Assembly: GCF_018977255.1 (NCBI RefSeq)
Contig: NW_024704743.1
Coordinates: forward strand, 48,362,001-48,426,000
Origin: Callorhinchus milii
Taxonomy: Eukaryota
Direction: 5' to 3'
Length of the DNA stretch: 64,000 nt
Below, piece by piece: positions 1 through 12,480 of the stretch. The first letter of the stretch is position 1. Each line of letters starts with the position of its first letter. The position numbers and the translations under genes are program-made. A model generated the notes under the pieces. That model was not told where the DNA came from, did not search any database, and worked only from the letters and a program-made list of their open reading frames with translations.

Positions 1-509
1 CGAGTTGCAGGCAAAATGTAGAAGTTGTAGAAAATCCGATTTAATCAATAATCTATACTGTACATGCTTAATTTAATCCAGCCGGTAAATGTACTTGCGG
101 TAGTTTGGCACTGCAGCCAGGAAGTGCACATGTAGTGACTAGCTGAGACTACATTCAGTGCTTCACCCGTCATCGCATGCCACTTACCGGCATACGTTGG
201 AATCTCATTCAATTGCAGAAAATGAGGTTCCTATGTGCATTCATCGAGATATGAAGACTATGTTTCCCGCGATTCAATATAGCCGGCCGGCAAGTATCCA
301 TGCGTCGACAGATAAAGACGTCATTTCCCGTGATTCAAGGATAAGCTCGGGAGTAATGAAGGGTGGGAGACCGCCTTTATGAGTTAGGAGGTGAGCAATA
401 CGATTGGTGTAAAAACTTCACGCAGGTAGCAGATGTATAATGGTAAAAACACAATGCATGTATGAAGGGTACAGCAGTTTTCTTACAATGTGCATTTTTT
501 CTTGTTTAG

Positions 510-587
510 TTCAGCGAGCCCCTCCAATACCTGCACAGGAACTACCCCAGGTCCTGAAAACTGGATATTTGGAAAAGCGGCGGAAAG
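510..587 (+). CDS. SKAP2: SKAP2 internal coding exon (78 bp; start of PH domain, QRAPPIPAQELPQVLKTGYLEKRRK)
   Basis: Acceptor cttgtttag|, donor G|gtaaga. The peptide matches the recalled SKAP2 PPIAAQDLPFVLKAGYLEKRRK. Phase 1 joins the next exon. Confidence 0.95.
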
Positions 588-2394
588 GTAAGAACAGAAT
601 ATATTGTCTTGAACAGCATTTCTCGCAAAGTATTGGTGCAACAAAACCATCAAGATATGCGCAACTTGTATTTATTGTAGATCATTATACAAGCCCAAAG
701 TACTGCATATCTTTACTGTAGTGCGGATATTTTAATAGAAGAACTTTGGTTGTAGAGTTGGAGATGAAGAGGATAGTGTGAAGTGAGGACTGGGTATCTG
801 CTATTTTGCAATTCAAACTAAAATTACATTTGCGTTGTCTGGTCAGCAGAATATTTAACTTCATGTTGTGGTGTTTATTATTTTAATTTTACTTGCCACT
901 TCCTTGAACACTATTTTATGGTGTATCTTTTGACATATACAATAGCAGATTTTATATAAATACTAAGAGTCAGTGTGGGCATGAGGAATATCTGAATTAA
1001 TTAGGGCCAAGGTAATGGATATTGTAGCAAGAAACATTGGTCTAACCTTCTGGTGTATTATGTAATAAGTATTCAATGTGCTGATGTATTACTGGATTTA
1101 TTCAAACCTACGCCAATAATCACAGCGAGTGCTCCTTTCCCTGGGGCCGTTTATATTTCCTGTAGTAGTCTACGTTAGTTGTTAATTGATTGTTATTGTC
1201 TCTTAAAGGGATCTCTCCACCTATTGTTCATGTTTGGCGATGAGAGGAAAGATTGTGTCCCTTCTTGCTAAAACAAACTGGAAAATATATAATAACCAAT
1301 AAAATCTATTCTACAGGCTATAGTTTACAATTGCATTCACCTTTGCTTCAGGAATTAAAAATAGGCAGCATTCCAGATCTTTAGGGAGCATTCATTTTTT
1401 GGGTAAGAAACATTGCCACATAGTAGCGAATTATTCCAGTGTAAGTTAACAGTGCTAGACACACATTAATACAATGACGGACTTAAAACATTGTAAACTT
1501 TACCCCAGTAAATATATTCACCATATGTCCTTTACTAGCAAAAAGAAAAAGATGTTTGGGTGTTATTGGCAAACTGTGTCCAGAAGCTCTTGTCACTAAA
1601 GCTAAACAAATACCTACATTGCATCTTGAAGTTGTTTAAGGAAAATAAATTAATCTCATATAGATCACTGGTTTGGTGATGTTTGGAGTATTATGTATAA
1701 ATTTGATCTTCGTTAGTTCATTCAAATATTAGCTGGGTGCAATAGGATGATTCTGGAGCTTAGAGCACATTATAATGCAGAGGTTCCCAGAGCTAAACAT
1801 GCTCTTTTTGGAAAGTCTTGATTAATAGCATCAAAGAAAGAGAACAGATTAAGTACCTATTTTGGGAAATGTGTTAATGGATGAATATCCTGCATTGGTT
1901 TGATTTCTCTTTAGAGTTCTGAATGTCTTTGGATGTTCAGCGCCTTGGGATGTCCTTCCGATGTGAAAGACGCTCTATAAATGTCATTTTGTTGTTGTTG
2001 TTGTTCACTGAGTATCTATAAAATATCTCTTCCCTCCAGGATATAAAATGATAAGGTGAGGTGTGTAATCAGTCGATTTGAGTAGCTCTGCGTGGGGTGA
2101 GCCTAATTGACTGAATGGTCTTTGCTCTTTTCATGCTTTTTTATGTTCGCACTTTTACATTAATTCATTATTTGTATGCAATGTACCTATAAATTTATAT
2201 TGAATTTGCTTCACTATCAATTGGGAATAAGATTGTACATAGTGTTTCTCCTACCTGGTTGCATTTTTATGATGATTTTTCTTCAATTACATTGCATTTC
2301 AATGTAAAAATATTTCTGAACTATACATATTTTAGGACTTTATCCAGGTAGTTTTTTTTTGTGTGGTATAAATTATACCCTGTTTTTATTGCAG

Positions 2395-2478
2395 ATCACA
2401 GCTTCTTTGGATCTGAATGGCAGAAACGTTGGTGTGCACTTAGCAATAATGTTTTCTATTACTATGGAACTGAAAAAG
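2395..2478 (+). CDS. SKAP2: SKAP2 coding exon (84 bp; [28 protein letters not shown])
   Basis: Acceptor tttttattgcag|, donor G|gtaact. Contains the PH-domain WQKRWC motif and is in frame with flanking exons. Confidence 0.96.
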
Positions 2479-2729
2479 GTAACTGTTTTGCTCCACTGCA
2501 AAATATAAATAAGTTGCGCTAATTACTATGCTGTTTGTTGCTTTTCAAAATCTCAACTCCTCAGAGCAGTGAAATTCATCAAACAAAGTTAGTGCAACAA
2601 CAACTTGCATTTATTTAGAGCCACGGTATTTACACGGGTATCGTCGCGGAGCGACTGAAGGGGCTTGAACATCAATTCTTTAAAAGTGAATCTCATCTCA
2701 TTATATCTCTATTTTCTTCTCCCTTATAT

Positions 2730-3090
2730 TAATAATAATCGGTGTTCCTGATATAGCACTTTTCATATTGAGATGTGTTAAAGCACTTCACAAGATTTAC
2801 TGTAAAGTGTAGCAACTGTATTTTATAAGCAAATGACAGCCAATTTGCGCACTGCAATGTCCCAATAACATTTGGGATGTGAATGAACATTTTTTTGTTT
2901 GGGGGATTTAATGTCCACCTAAACTGGCAAACAGGATCTCGGTTTTAACATTTAATTCAAAGAATGGCACCTCCCCAGCACTGCATTGAGTGTCAGCCTA
3001 GATGACGAGTTTTAAAGTCCTGACTTGGGACTTGAACCCACAACTTTCTAATTCAAAGCTGAGAATACCAATTGGGCCAGGCTGACACCA
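2730..3090 (-). mobile_element. SINE family A (DeuSINE-like), diverged and internally deleted
   Basis: The reverse complement resembles 53230-53648 in head, Deu-like part and tail. Confidence 0.65.
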
Positions 3091-3829
3091 AAACCTGTTG
3101 AACCCCCATTACATCTGGTCTTCATTGTTTTTGTGGTGTTGAGATGAATCACATTTTGCAGAAAAAACCCTTACTGTAGTGTTAGTGTTCAAGTTTTATT
3201 TCTTAATATCAAAAAGTATCATAAAAACAACGAAATAACTTTGGATATCTCTTTATAATCCACAAATGGGCTTACATCACAAATGAATTATGTTAGTGTT
3301 ATTCGTTGGGATTATAAACACTATTTCACAACTCCTTATTACTGTGTATGTTAGACATTTGTTTCGAAACCCATCTCCTGGTCTGACAGTGGTGGTACCA
3401 TATGCCTTTCTTTTATCATAGGCCTTTACGTTATGCTGGTTGAAGGGTTGTGGAAGGCTTGATCTGGTTAAAAAAAAGTGTTACAACGGTAGTGTCTGCT
3501 TTTTCGGTGATATAAGCCTTGAAATTGTCTATCAGGTAGATCTATTAAAGGGATGACATTGACTCTTGAGGCAGTACTGTGCAAGATATTTTAATCTTTT
3601 GGCCAGAGACCCATCGAGCCAATCATTTTTTCATATGTGGATTAGATTACTTTAGAAACTGGGATGTGCAAGACATGTAACATTCACTCCTGTGCAAATC
3701 TATATTTCTTTAAAATGCAATAAAAGTGCTAATTGGAAGTTTGAATCTGGTCTTTCATTTTCTATTGTTGTTTTCCCTTCCAATTGATTTGATATATTAA
3801 AACAGATAAATATGCCTCTACCTCTACAG

Positions 3830-3954
3830 ATAAACAGCAGAAAGGTGAATTTGCCATAGACGGATACATAGTGCAGCTGATAAACAGCCTCCGGAAAGAT
3901 GGAAAGAAAGATTGCTGTTTTGAACTCTGTGCGCCTGAGAAACGACTTTATCAG
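3830..3954 (+). CDS. SKAP2: SKAP2 coding exon (125 bp; DKQQKGEFAIDGYIVQLINSLRKDGKKDCCFELCAPEKRLYQ)
   Basis: Acceptor cctctacag|, donor CAG|gtttga. Near-identical to the recalled SKAP2 PH segment DKQQKGEFAIDGY...LRKDGKKDCCFE. Confidence 0.96.
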
Positions 3955-4114
3955 GTTTGACTTTACATGTGCACTTTTTGTCTTGGTCAGCAAAATATGA
4001 ACCACTTCCTTCATCACTAGTTGTAGCTGTCAAATGAGACACACATTACCAAATTCAGGTTAATTCAAGTTTACATAAAGCCCTACATCTTATTGGGAAT
4101 TGTTCTAAGGAACT

Positions 4115-4478
4115 TTGCTCGCTCCCTCGATTCCCTACCAACCTGCCCGCTCCCTCTGTTCAGTGGGCTCCGGCCTGCTCCATGTCTCCCGCCCAACCCG
4201 CCCTACCATCAGTGGATGGGCTTTCAGCCTCTCTGCCCCCACACTCTGGAACTCCATCCCACGGTCCCTTCCCCTCGCTTCCTCCCTTGCCTCCTTCAAA
4301 GCCGGTTTCAAGACCCTTCTCTTCGATCGTGCTTTCGGTCGCCCTCCCACCTCTCTGCCTTCCCTCACCCCTACACCACCCCTCCCCAGGCTCGGGTCCT
4401 GACACCTGACTGTTCAGCGCCTTGGGACGTCCTCCCGACGTGAAAGGCGTTCTATAAATGTAATTTTGTTGTTGTTGT
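4115..4478 (+). mobile_element. L2-clade LINE 3' end (young)
   Basis: ORF2 C-terminal motif PYQPARSL..GLL..P..AFS.SAPTLWNSIP..L..SSLASFK..KTLLF, C-rich 3' UTR, hairpin and (TTG)n tail. Confidence 0.9.
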
Positions 4479-5329
4479 CAACATGAAGCAAATCCATTAC
4501 GTCTTCAACAATATGAGTTCAGACTCGATTTTGCTTCATCTATGTCTTGCTTCCTTTTTGTTCATCTGATTTTTATAGCAAAATTAATTTCAAAAGTGTG
4601 ATTGAAATATTAAAATACTTCACATTAATAAAAAAAATTATGTTTAGTGCTCTTCTGATATGCCTCATTGTATAAATGTATGGATAATGTGTTACTGAGG
4701 CAGACAATGCCCTGATTCATTAGTTAGTATTCAATTAGGCAATCTCATACAAGACAGAACGTTTGCTTTTTTATAGCGAAGTGAGTGGTGGTGGTGCGGG
4801 GGAGTGGGAGAAGAACAAGCAGGGTTCCTGGTATGAGAATGATATGAGTTGGCACAGATAAACTGAGTAGAAAAGTCAGTTATGACAGCAGATTGCCAAT
4901 GGGTTATTTTTAAGGTGGAATCGGTAAAATACATACCAAAAGTAAAAAAAAAGTAGTCAGGATAGTAGGGACACAGTGAATAAATAAGGAAATTAAACAA
5001 AATATAAAGAGCAAGAAAGAGGCATACGAACACAAAATGTAACTGGGAAATTTGTAGAAAAATGTTCAAAATAAAAAAATGTGATTAGGTGCATTTTGGG
5101 AGAAGGGATATTGAGCGGACCTATATTCTGAGTGACAGAATTCTGTCAGGTTTGAAGCACGGTCGAACTGGAGTATCTTGAGATGGGTCTTGAAGGTGGC
5201 GAGGGAGGAGGCGAGGGGGAGGGACTGCGGGATGGAGTTCCAGAGGGTGGGGGCAGAATGGCGGTAGGCCAATAGTATACATTGAATCATTGAGTCATTG
5301 AATATAAAAGAAAGATCTGATGATATATT

Positions 5330-5820
5330 AGTTTGGTTAGGCCAAATCTGTAATATTGTGCTCAGTTGTCAGTGGCACATGATAGAAAATATATTACAAT
5401 AGCACAGCTTCACAAAGATATAGCTCTGCGGAAAGGTTAGAGATGTGAGGATTGAAGCAGAGAAAGTTTAGAGGTGATGTGACAGTGGTGTTTAAGATTG
5501 TAAAGCATTTGAGAGAATTAATCATGCAAAATTCCTTTCACTGGTACGTGATATGAGGATAAGAGGGCATGAAACTATGAGTATCTAAGGGAGTAAAAGG
5601 AGAGGCTCAGAAGAACTTCTTCCAGAGTGTTGTCAGAGTATGGATTGATCTGCCAGCTGTGTTTTGTATTTAAAAATAATTGGACAAGCATATGCATAGG
5701 ATGAGTATTACAGGGAACGTGGAAGCATTAGGAAGGATGGCTTCTTGGAAGAGTAAAAACTGATGCAATAAAATGGGCTGAATAGCCTCCTACTGTGTAA
5801 TAAATTTCTGTTGTTCTATC
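5330..5820 (+). mobile_element. Degraded CR1 LINE 3' fragment
   Basis: Remnants of LRGD...FKI..., RGH and a gggctgaatagcctcct...ttctat tail. Confidence 0.65.
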
Positions 5821-6053
5821 ACCAGAAATTGTGACATGCGCATTGACATTAACTCATATAAAGAATGACCTTTGTGATAAATTACTGGAATACTGCACAT
5901 CTTTAGAACTATAAATGTATCACAAGTTGCTGTTTAATAGTTGTTCCATGATATTTTATGAGAGTTCTCCCAATCTATGTCCTTACATGAGAGGAGAGGC
6001 AACTATACAAAACTAACAGTACAATCTCTTGTAATTTGGGGGTTGATTTTAAT

Positions 6054-6373
6054 GGAGTCCTGTAGCTCAGTGGTTAGAGCACTCGCTCTGCAAGTGACAG
6101 ACCTGAGTTCAATTCCAGGCAGAGGGCGAAACCTTGGGCAAGTTTCCTTACTCCACATGCCTGATAATAATCCCTCCAAAAACCAAAAACAATATTAAAT
6201 TGGTCATATTCAATCTACGACTGTTTGTGGGACATTGCTGTGCGCAATTGGCTGCCGCGTTCGCCCACAAATATACAGTCAATTCACTTTACAGTGTGTT
6301 CTGTGAAGCGCTTTGGGACGTCCTCCCGACGTGAAAAGCGCTATATCAAATGCAAGGATTATTATTATTATTA
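6054..6373 (+). mobile_element. tRNA-derived SINE, family B, short young subtype
   Basis: tRNA-like head with A box (tagctcagtggttag) and B box (gagttcaattcc), L2-type tail hairpin and (ATT)n. Nearly identical to 15244-15570. Confidence 0.9.
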
Positions 6374-7306
6374 CTGTTCACGGTTGCCCACATTTTGCAA
6401 GGGAAAATGTCGCTGTTTTCTGTTATTCAAATAGAATTCAGTTTAAGTATTTATACTAGTATTTAACAAGTTGTGATATTTTCACAATCCTCAATTTGAA
6501 TTTGTTTATTGAGTTGCCAAATACTGTATTAGGCTTCTGTGTGAGTGCTAGCTTCCACAAACCTGAATCAGTGGTGTCAAGTAACGTGCTTCTGCTAGGA
6601 AAGGTGGTCAAGTTTCAAATAACCCTGGGATCCATTGTATTCAACTGGTAGTAAGCAGTGGGACTTTGGGAAATGTCACGTTTAATATTCATTGTATTCT
6701 TATCAAACAGTTTCCTGAAGAGAAATATTTTGAACAGTTGCGTACCAAAGTATAGAATCATTATGGCCGATAGACCAACACACTTTTCGCTAATTATTTG
6801 TGGCATGTTTAACAGAACAGTACCAAATCCTTTACATTGCAAGTAAGTGACAACCAATGTAGACAAGAAATTTAATGGAATATTTCAATCAGTCAGTAAT
6901 GATATAGACTGTTAGAGTAATAAGTTCTTACATTTAAGATCTCTGTTGAAAGCCAGTTCATTAAGTTGTCATGTTGAGTGGCTGATTGTGACAATGACGT
7001 TTTTGGAGGGTTGTAAAAACAGTTTAAAGGAAATCACCAATGTTTCTTAATTGCCAAGGGTAAATTTTGTTCATCAGTTTCATACTTGACATTGATGAAG
7101 AGCAGCAGATTTCACACAGTTGCCAGCTGCTGTTCAGAATTTCAACTCTGTCATCCATTGCTTCAATTACGTAAATTTGTCTAAATTAACCATACATACC
7201 ATCCTTGCACGGAAAAGAACAGCTGAAGATGTGAAACACAAATTTCCGAGACAACAGGTATTTCAGATCTCTACTACTGTTCATTTTTTTATTATTAACT
7301 TTTCAG

Positions 7307-7370
7307 TTTGCTGCAGCTACTCCACAAGAAGCTGAAGAATGGGTTGAACAGCTTCAATTTGTATTGAAAG
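7307..7370 (+). CDS. SKAP2: SKAP2 coding exon (64 bp; FAAATPQEAEEWVEQLQFVLK, PH C-terminal helix)
   Basis: Acceptor aacttttcag|, donor G|gtaaat. Contains the conserved PH-helix Trp (EEWV). Confidence 0.95.
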
Positions 7371-8129
7371 GTAAATGTTAAATTAGATGTGAAAGCTGAA
7401 TATTTAAGCGTTTCACGTGGTGAAGTTAGCAACTCCAGTTTGCTATTCTAAATGTTAAATGGAAAGATTTTCTAATGGAGGGTTAATCTGGCTGAATATG
7501 GCCATTTTGGAACTGCTTTCAAAAAGAAATATATTTTAGCATCTTTATATATAATTTCAGTGGAGGCCACATCCATTTTTCAGATTTCTCCCTCTTTGGA
7601 TGGCAATTACAATACCAGAACCTATTTTGTAAGGGTTTAGACCCAATAGAATTCTAGCCCAGAATTTTCTGGAGAACCCTCAAAGAACTCTTGTCAATCA
7701 AACACCCGCCTGGCCAACCCTTTGCTTTGGCTAAGTCTAAAAGTCAGCCGTCACGCATTTCCACTGTAATGATTGATACAAGAAATGTACAGTATCTTGC
7801 TTCCAGATTTTAAACCATTCCAAGGCTTAACGATCTGCAGTAACAGACTGAAAACTAAATTTGCATGAACTAAATTAGTCTTCAAAGCCCCAAGGAAACA
7901 CAAATCCTAGGCCTGGTCCTGCTGTTTAGTGACCTTTCTTACCACTTCAGTTGAGACCCCTCATGGCTCTCTTTACCCTTGATGTTTGCCAATGATGAAA
8001 AATGACAAAAGCAACTGCACCATAAGGACCTTTTGCTCCCCAACTCACAGACTCTTGCTTCTGAATGTGTGCAGAAAGTAGTTTTCAGCACAAATTGGAT
8101 GTCATGCCTGTGGAAGGTGCCAAGTGGAT

Positions 8130-8650
8130 ACCATGAAGAAGATGAAGCGTGAGAGAACAGAGCGAGGGAGAAGAATGAGAGGAAGTTCATGTGTGTATGT
8201 GTAAAAGGGAAGAAAGAGGGGAGAAGAAGAAAGTGAAGGAGATTGGAAGGGAAGTAGGGCACTGGGGAAGGGAGAGAGAGGGAACAAATATGAGGGAAAG
8301 GAGAGAGAAAAAAGAGGAGCAGATGACAAATTGAGTGATAGTGGGAAGTAGAGAGAGCTAGAAGGCAAGATACAGTGAGTATCACACACAAGAAATATAT
8401 TGGGGATATTCGGAGCGTGACTGACTCAGTATAATAATGATAAGAGTTTGAGTGAAGAGATTTGTTGGGGAAAAAACAAATGTTTGAGACAATTTGCAGC
8501 AAAGCGGGTTAGACAAAGACACGAAAAGACTGACGAGAGAGGCAGATAGAAAGATGGATACAAAAACACAGTGAGAGCAAGGAGGGGAGGTGGGATAGGC
8601 CAAGAGAGGAACTGAGACAAGAAATGAGGGATAGAAAGACACGCAGAGAC
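8130..8650. repeat. GA-rich low-complexity polypurine tract
   Basis: Strong purine skew on the + strand, which produces spurious Leu/Ser/Phe ORFs on the - strand. Confidence 0.8.
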
Positions 8651-9804
8651 AGATATTCATTCGCAAAGTATACTTTACCTTGTCATAAAGACCCTCCTTC
8701 ATTTCCACAGATACCCTCTTCCCTAATACCCATCTTGGAATGGGCCAGTTTACTAACAATTTTAAAATTAGTGGCATTAACGAAAAATCAAACAACATCT
8801 GATCATGTTATTGAGTGTAACAAAAATAATTTTAAAGAAGACATAAAATACCTTCACAAAAATACAGTCCTTCCACCTTAAAGTAAATCCTGTGAAGCAT
8901 GTCTTCTTGACATGAATGATGCTATTATCAAACAAGGATTATTTTTACTTTACTATCACTTTGTTTGATTGTTTGAAATTTACAGGATGAATGAATTTCC
9001 TCTTGCTGTAAAGACTGACAATACGGAATATATTTCTAATGGGAATATCCACATTACAAGCACACATCATCAACGTTTATTCAGTTATAACACGATTGCT
9101 CTGTGGCCCCATTCACTGCAGCTGCCACACATGCTTCCATGTTTAGAAGCTAGTACTTTGAATTCCAAATCCCTAACTGCCCAGCACCTTGGGACGGTCT
9201 CCCGATGTGAAAGGCGCTATACAAATCTAATGTGTTGTTATCTAATAATCATCCTTGCATTTGATATAGCGCCTTATCAAGTCTTCAATACATCTCAAAG
9301 CGCTTCACAGAATGTCCCGTAAAGTGAACTGACTGTATATTTTGTTGGCAAAACAAAAAATTGTTGTTCTACACTTCTGACCAAAGTAAAGTAAATTGAA
9401 CAACATTCTATCAAATATATAAACCTCAGCCAATTAATTCATTTGCACATCGGGGTTACAAAAAGAGACAAGATACCATTGAAGCTCAATGCTTGGGTCT
9501 CTGCATTATTGTTTTGTAGTGAAGAATATCCTAAGGAAAGTTCTGAAGAAAATGTTTCTGTTTCTTCCCTATGTTTCCTTCTACAAGTTGTTGTTTTCTC
9601 ATCAAATTTGTTGATTTCTACCATAGCATGAAATATTCAAACAGGAGCACCAAACATATTTCTTCATGGACTTCTGCCACTACTACCCTTATCCCAAAAT
9701 TAGAATATGCTAAGCACTGAGCTGAATTGATTTATATTTTTAACTTTTTTGCTTAAAATATCATATCAAGTATGTTTGACATTCTGCTTTGTTTTTATAA
9801 ATAG

Positions 9805-9945
9805 ACAGAGAATCTGGTATGATCCCAGTAGATGATGATGATGAAGAAACGTATGATGATGTAGATACAAGTGTGGACACAAATGTTAAAACGTTCCAAA
9901 CCAACCAAGAACCAATAGACGATGATATTTATGAAGAGCTTCCAG
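9805..9945 (+). CDS. SKAP2: SKAP2 coding exon (141 bp; acidic linker DRESGMIPVDDDDEETYDDVD...QEPIDDDIYEELP)
   Basis: Acceptor ataaatag|, donor CAG|gttggt. Carries the YDDV and IYEELP tyrosine motifs typical of SKAP2. Confidence 0.93.
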
Positions 9946-10736
9946 GTTGGTCTTTTTAAATCCGTTGATATTGATGTAAATAAAATTATATGTAGTTTAA
10001 CAAATGTGAAAATATACGATTTGTGTGCATTATTTATCACATTTTATGTTTACAAGAAGCACATATCAGTATTGCAGAAGGTAATGGCAATTCCAAGAGC
10101 TAATTAACCCATAACTGAAAGAACTTAAATTTACAGCACGCTGATCTGAAAGCAAAACAGTATAAGGAATATTTATTTGGGGTTAGAGTATCTTATTTAT
10201 TTTAGTTAAATGTTTTGTCCTGGTTTTCTGTTTAAATTTAAACTTTTTAGAATTTTGTGTTTTGTTGCTTAAAGAATTATCTGTTTTTTTATGACTGGTC
10301 ATTTAATCCAGTGTACTTTCTTCTGAAGAGCACACATCTGTTTGTTAAGAGTATATTGCAGGTTTTCTTGCTTCATTCATTATTCTTATTATAATTCTCC
10401 CTACAACCCCCATGTTTTTTCTGCTCCTGAGAAAGTGGGTAGTCACTTTTGCAATGATTTCTGGTCTACAATAAAAAGGTACACTTGGATTGATTCATCT
10501 AGCTTGGTGATATGATCAGTAGGGGACAAACTGCAGTTATTGTTTTAGGGTTTTGCAGGCACATAGATGGAAAATAGATTCAATATGTATTTCATATAAT
10601 TGTACATAATATATCTCAGTTTTAGCTCACATCACTGAATATTGTATAGCAAAATCCTATTTATTTTTTATATAAAAAAAGTAATTTTGAAACCTGAGAA
10701 ATAACCATCGATTCGGTAATGAATCTTTTCTTAAGT

Positions 10737-11870
10737 AACATAACAGCAACTTGCATTTATATACACCCTTCATGGAGGATAGGTCTCGGTGCGCTTAACA
10801 GTGGCAGAGTTTACGCTGAGCCATTGAGAGAGGAGAGATGACCTTAAAGTCGAAGAGGAAGGTCTTCAGGTGCGATCTGAGGACGGGCGAGGGAACAAGG
10901 TGGAGGGATTGAGGCAGAGGGTTCCAGAATCCTGGGGAAGAGTTCCTGAAAGGTGGAGGGAATAAGGGGCATGCAGAAGGCTGTAACGGAGGCTGAGCAA
11001 AGCGAACAGGTAGAGGAATGGGGTCTTTCCGACGTGAAGTGAGCTATACATGTAATTTCTTGTTGTAAGCAAGTTGGAGTAGTAGGGATGTGCCAGGGCA
11101 TGAAATGATTTGTATGCAAGCGTGAGGACCTTGCCATTCTGCAATAGGGAGCCAATGGAACCTGGCAAAGATTTGGGTGATGGAGGTGTGGCGCCTGGTA
11201 CTGATGGAAACACAGAATTGTGAATCAGTTGGATTTTATGAATGGTGGAGCTGGGGAGGCTGACGAGGAGGACATTGGAAAAATCGAGGCGGGAGGCGAT
11301 CCATACATTGATAGGGATTTTAGTTGTGTTCGATACGTGGTATGGTCGGAAGTGTGTGAAAGGGCAGAGGTGGAGGCAAGCAGTCCTGCGCTAGAGGAGG
11401 AGAAGTAGATTTGGGTTCATCCGCAAACATGTGGAAGTTGACCTCATGTTTGCAAATGACATCACTGAAAGGGAACATATAAAAGAGAAAAGAAAAGGGT
11501 GGGGTGGTAGGGGCAGAGGCAGCAGAGTGGATCCTCTTAAATTTGTTATTTCCTCACATTTCGAATTGGAAGAGAGGATGTTGTTGAGCATGGGAAGATG
11601 GGCGAAGGAGGTGATTGGTGGTGGAGAAAAGAAGCCTTGGATTGTCCTTGACCTCCAGGTTGATACTGTAAAAGAAGGACGATTTTGCTGAGGTGTGAGC
11701 AGAGCATTAGATTTCAGTGTGGTCCAGCCAAATCTTGCAGTGGACCGTTGGATTTAAGCCAGATGTGTTCAGCGGCACAATCTACAATTTAAGAAAGCGA
11801 AGGTGGCTGGATTACCAGGGAGCTTGTGTGAGTAGGAGGGGGGTGCGGGAGGTGATGGGGGCAAGGGTGT
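10737..11870 (-). mobile_element. Degraded L2 LINE fragments
   Basis: Tail at about 10740-10800, KVLTLAYKSFHAL..PY motif, and a NFHMFAD (YADD-like) region near 11410-11460. Confidence 0.7.
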
Positions 11871-12029
11871 GGAGAATGTTGGTTAATGATTCCTGCCTTA
11901 ATTTCTGACAATTTTCCTTCAGTCATCGAACTCTCTTATATCTACTTTAACAATCTGATAGTTTTTCTAGTTTCTCTATCGAATTCCCTTTCAGAGAATA
12001 GGAAAAATGGGTCAAACCTTTTAAATAAA

Positions 12030-12480
12030 TCCAGTAGAATCCTCTTTTGCCGGACGCCGATTAACCCCAAACTTCAGGTAAATAGAACAAATCACCCGCC
12101 CCTGATTCATTTGTATTATTACCTGTTTTAAATATCCTGGTTGATTCGGCTTAAGATTCGATAACTCTGGGCAAAATGCCACCCTGGTCATCGCTGAATG
12201 TACTCATTCGCGCCTTCTTTGTGTCTATTCAACCACGGGGGGGGTTCCTGGATATAGATGGGAGGAGTCTACATGCGATTGACAGCGGACTCCAGCCATT
12301 CAGAGCAGCTGGAGTTGAGCTGTCAATCAGTGAGGGGGGCAGAGGAACAGAGTAGAACAAGGGTGGGATATCGTGATTGATTGACAGCTGAGACACTTGT
12401 GAGTGGCTGCTAATTTGTCCCCTTCCCGTCCAATGATAATGGCAATTGGGGGGAGGAGGTGCTGCAATGTAAGAATTGTT
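12030..12480 (-). mobile_element. Tigger/pogo-like MITE, copy 2
   Basis: Inverse similarity to 18051-18578, with a cagtagaatcctc terminus. Confidence 0.55.

Noticed and set aside
440..721. 93-aa ORF as a stand-alone gene
   Set aside because: It is the 78-bp SKAP2 exon plus intronic read-through on both sides.
4093..4443. Family of ORFs ending in WDVLPT* or containing KRYIKCKDYYYY
   Set aside because: These are translations of the shared L2/SINE tail, not a peptide gene family.
6054..6125. tRNA gene (Ala-like) with A and B boxes
   Set aside because: No matching 3' acceptor stem. It continues into a SINE body and recurs as the head of dispersed copies.
7939..8502. Longest ORF in the track (187 aa, minus strand)
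   Set aside because: An artefact of the GA-rich low-complexity tract, with no domain-like content.
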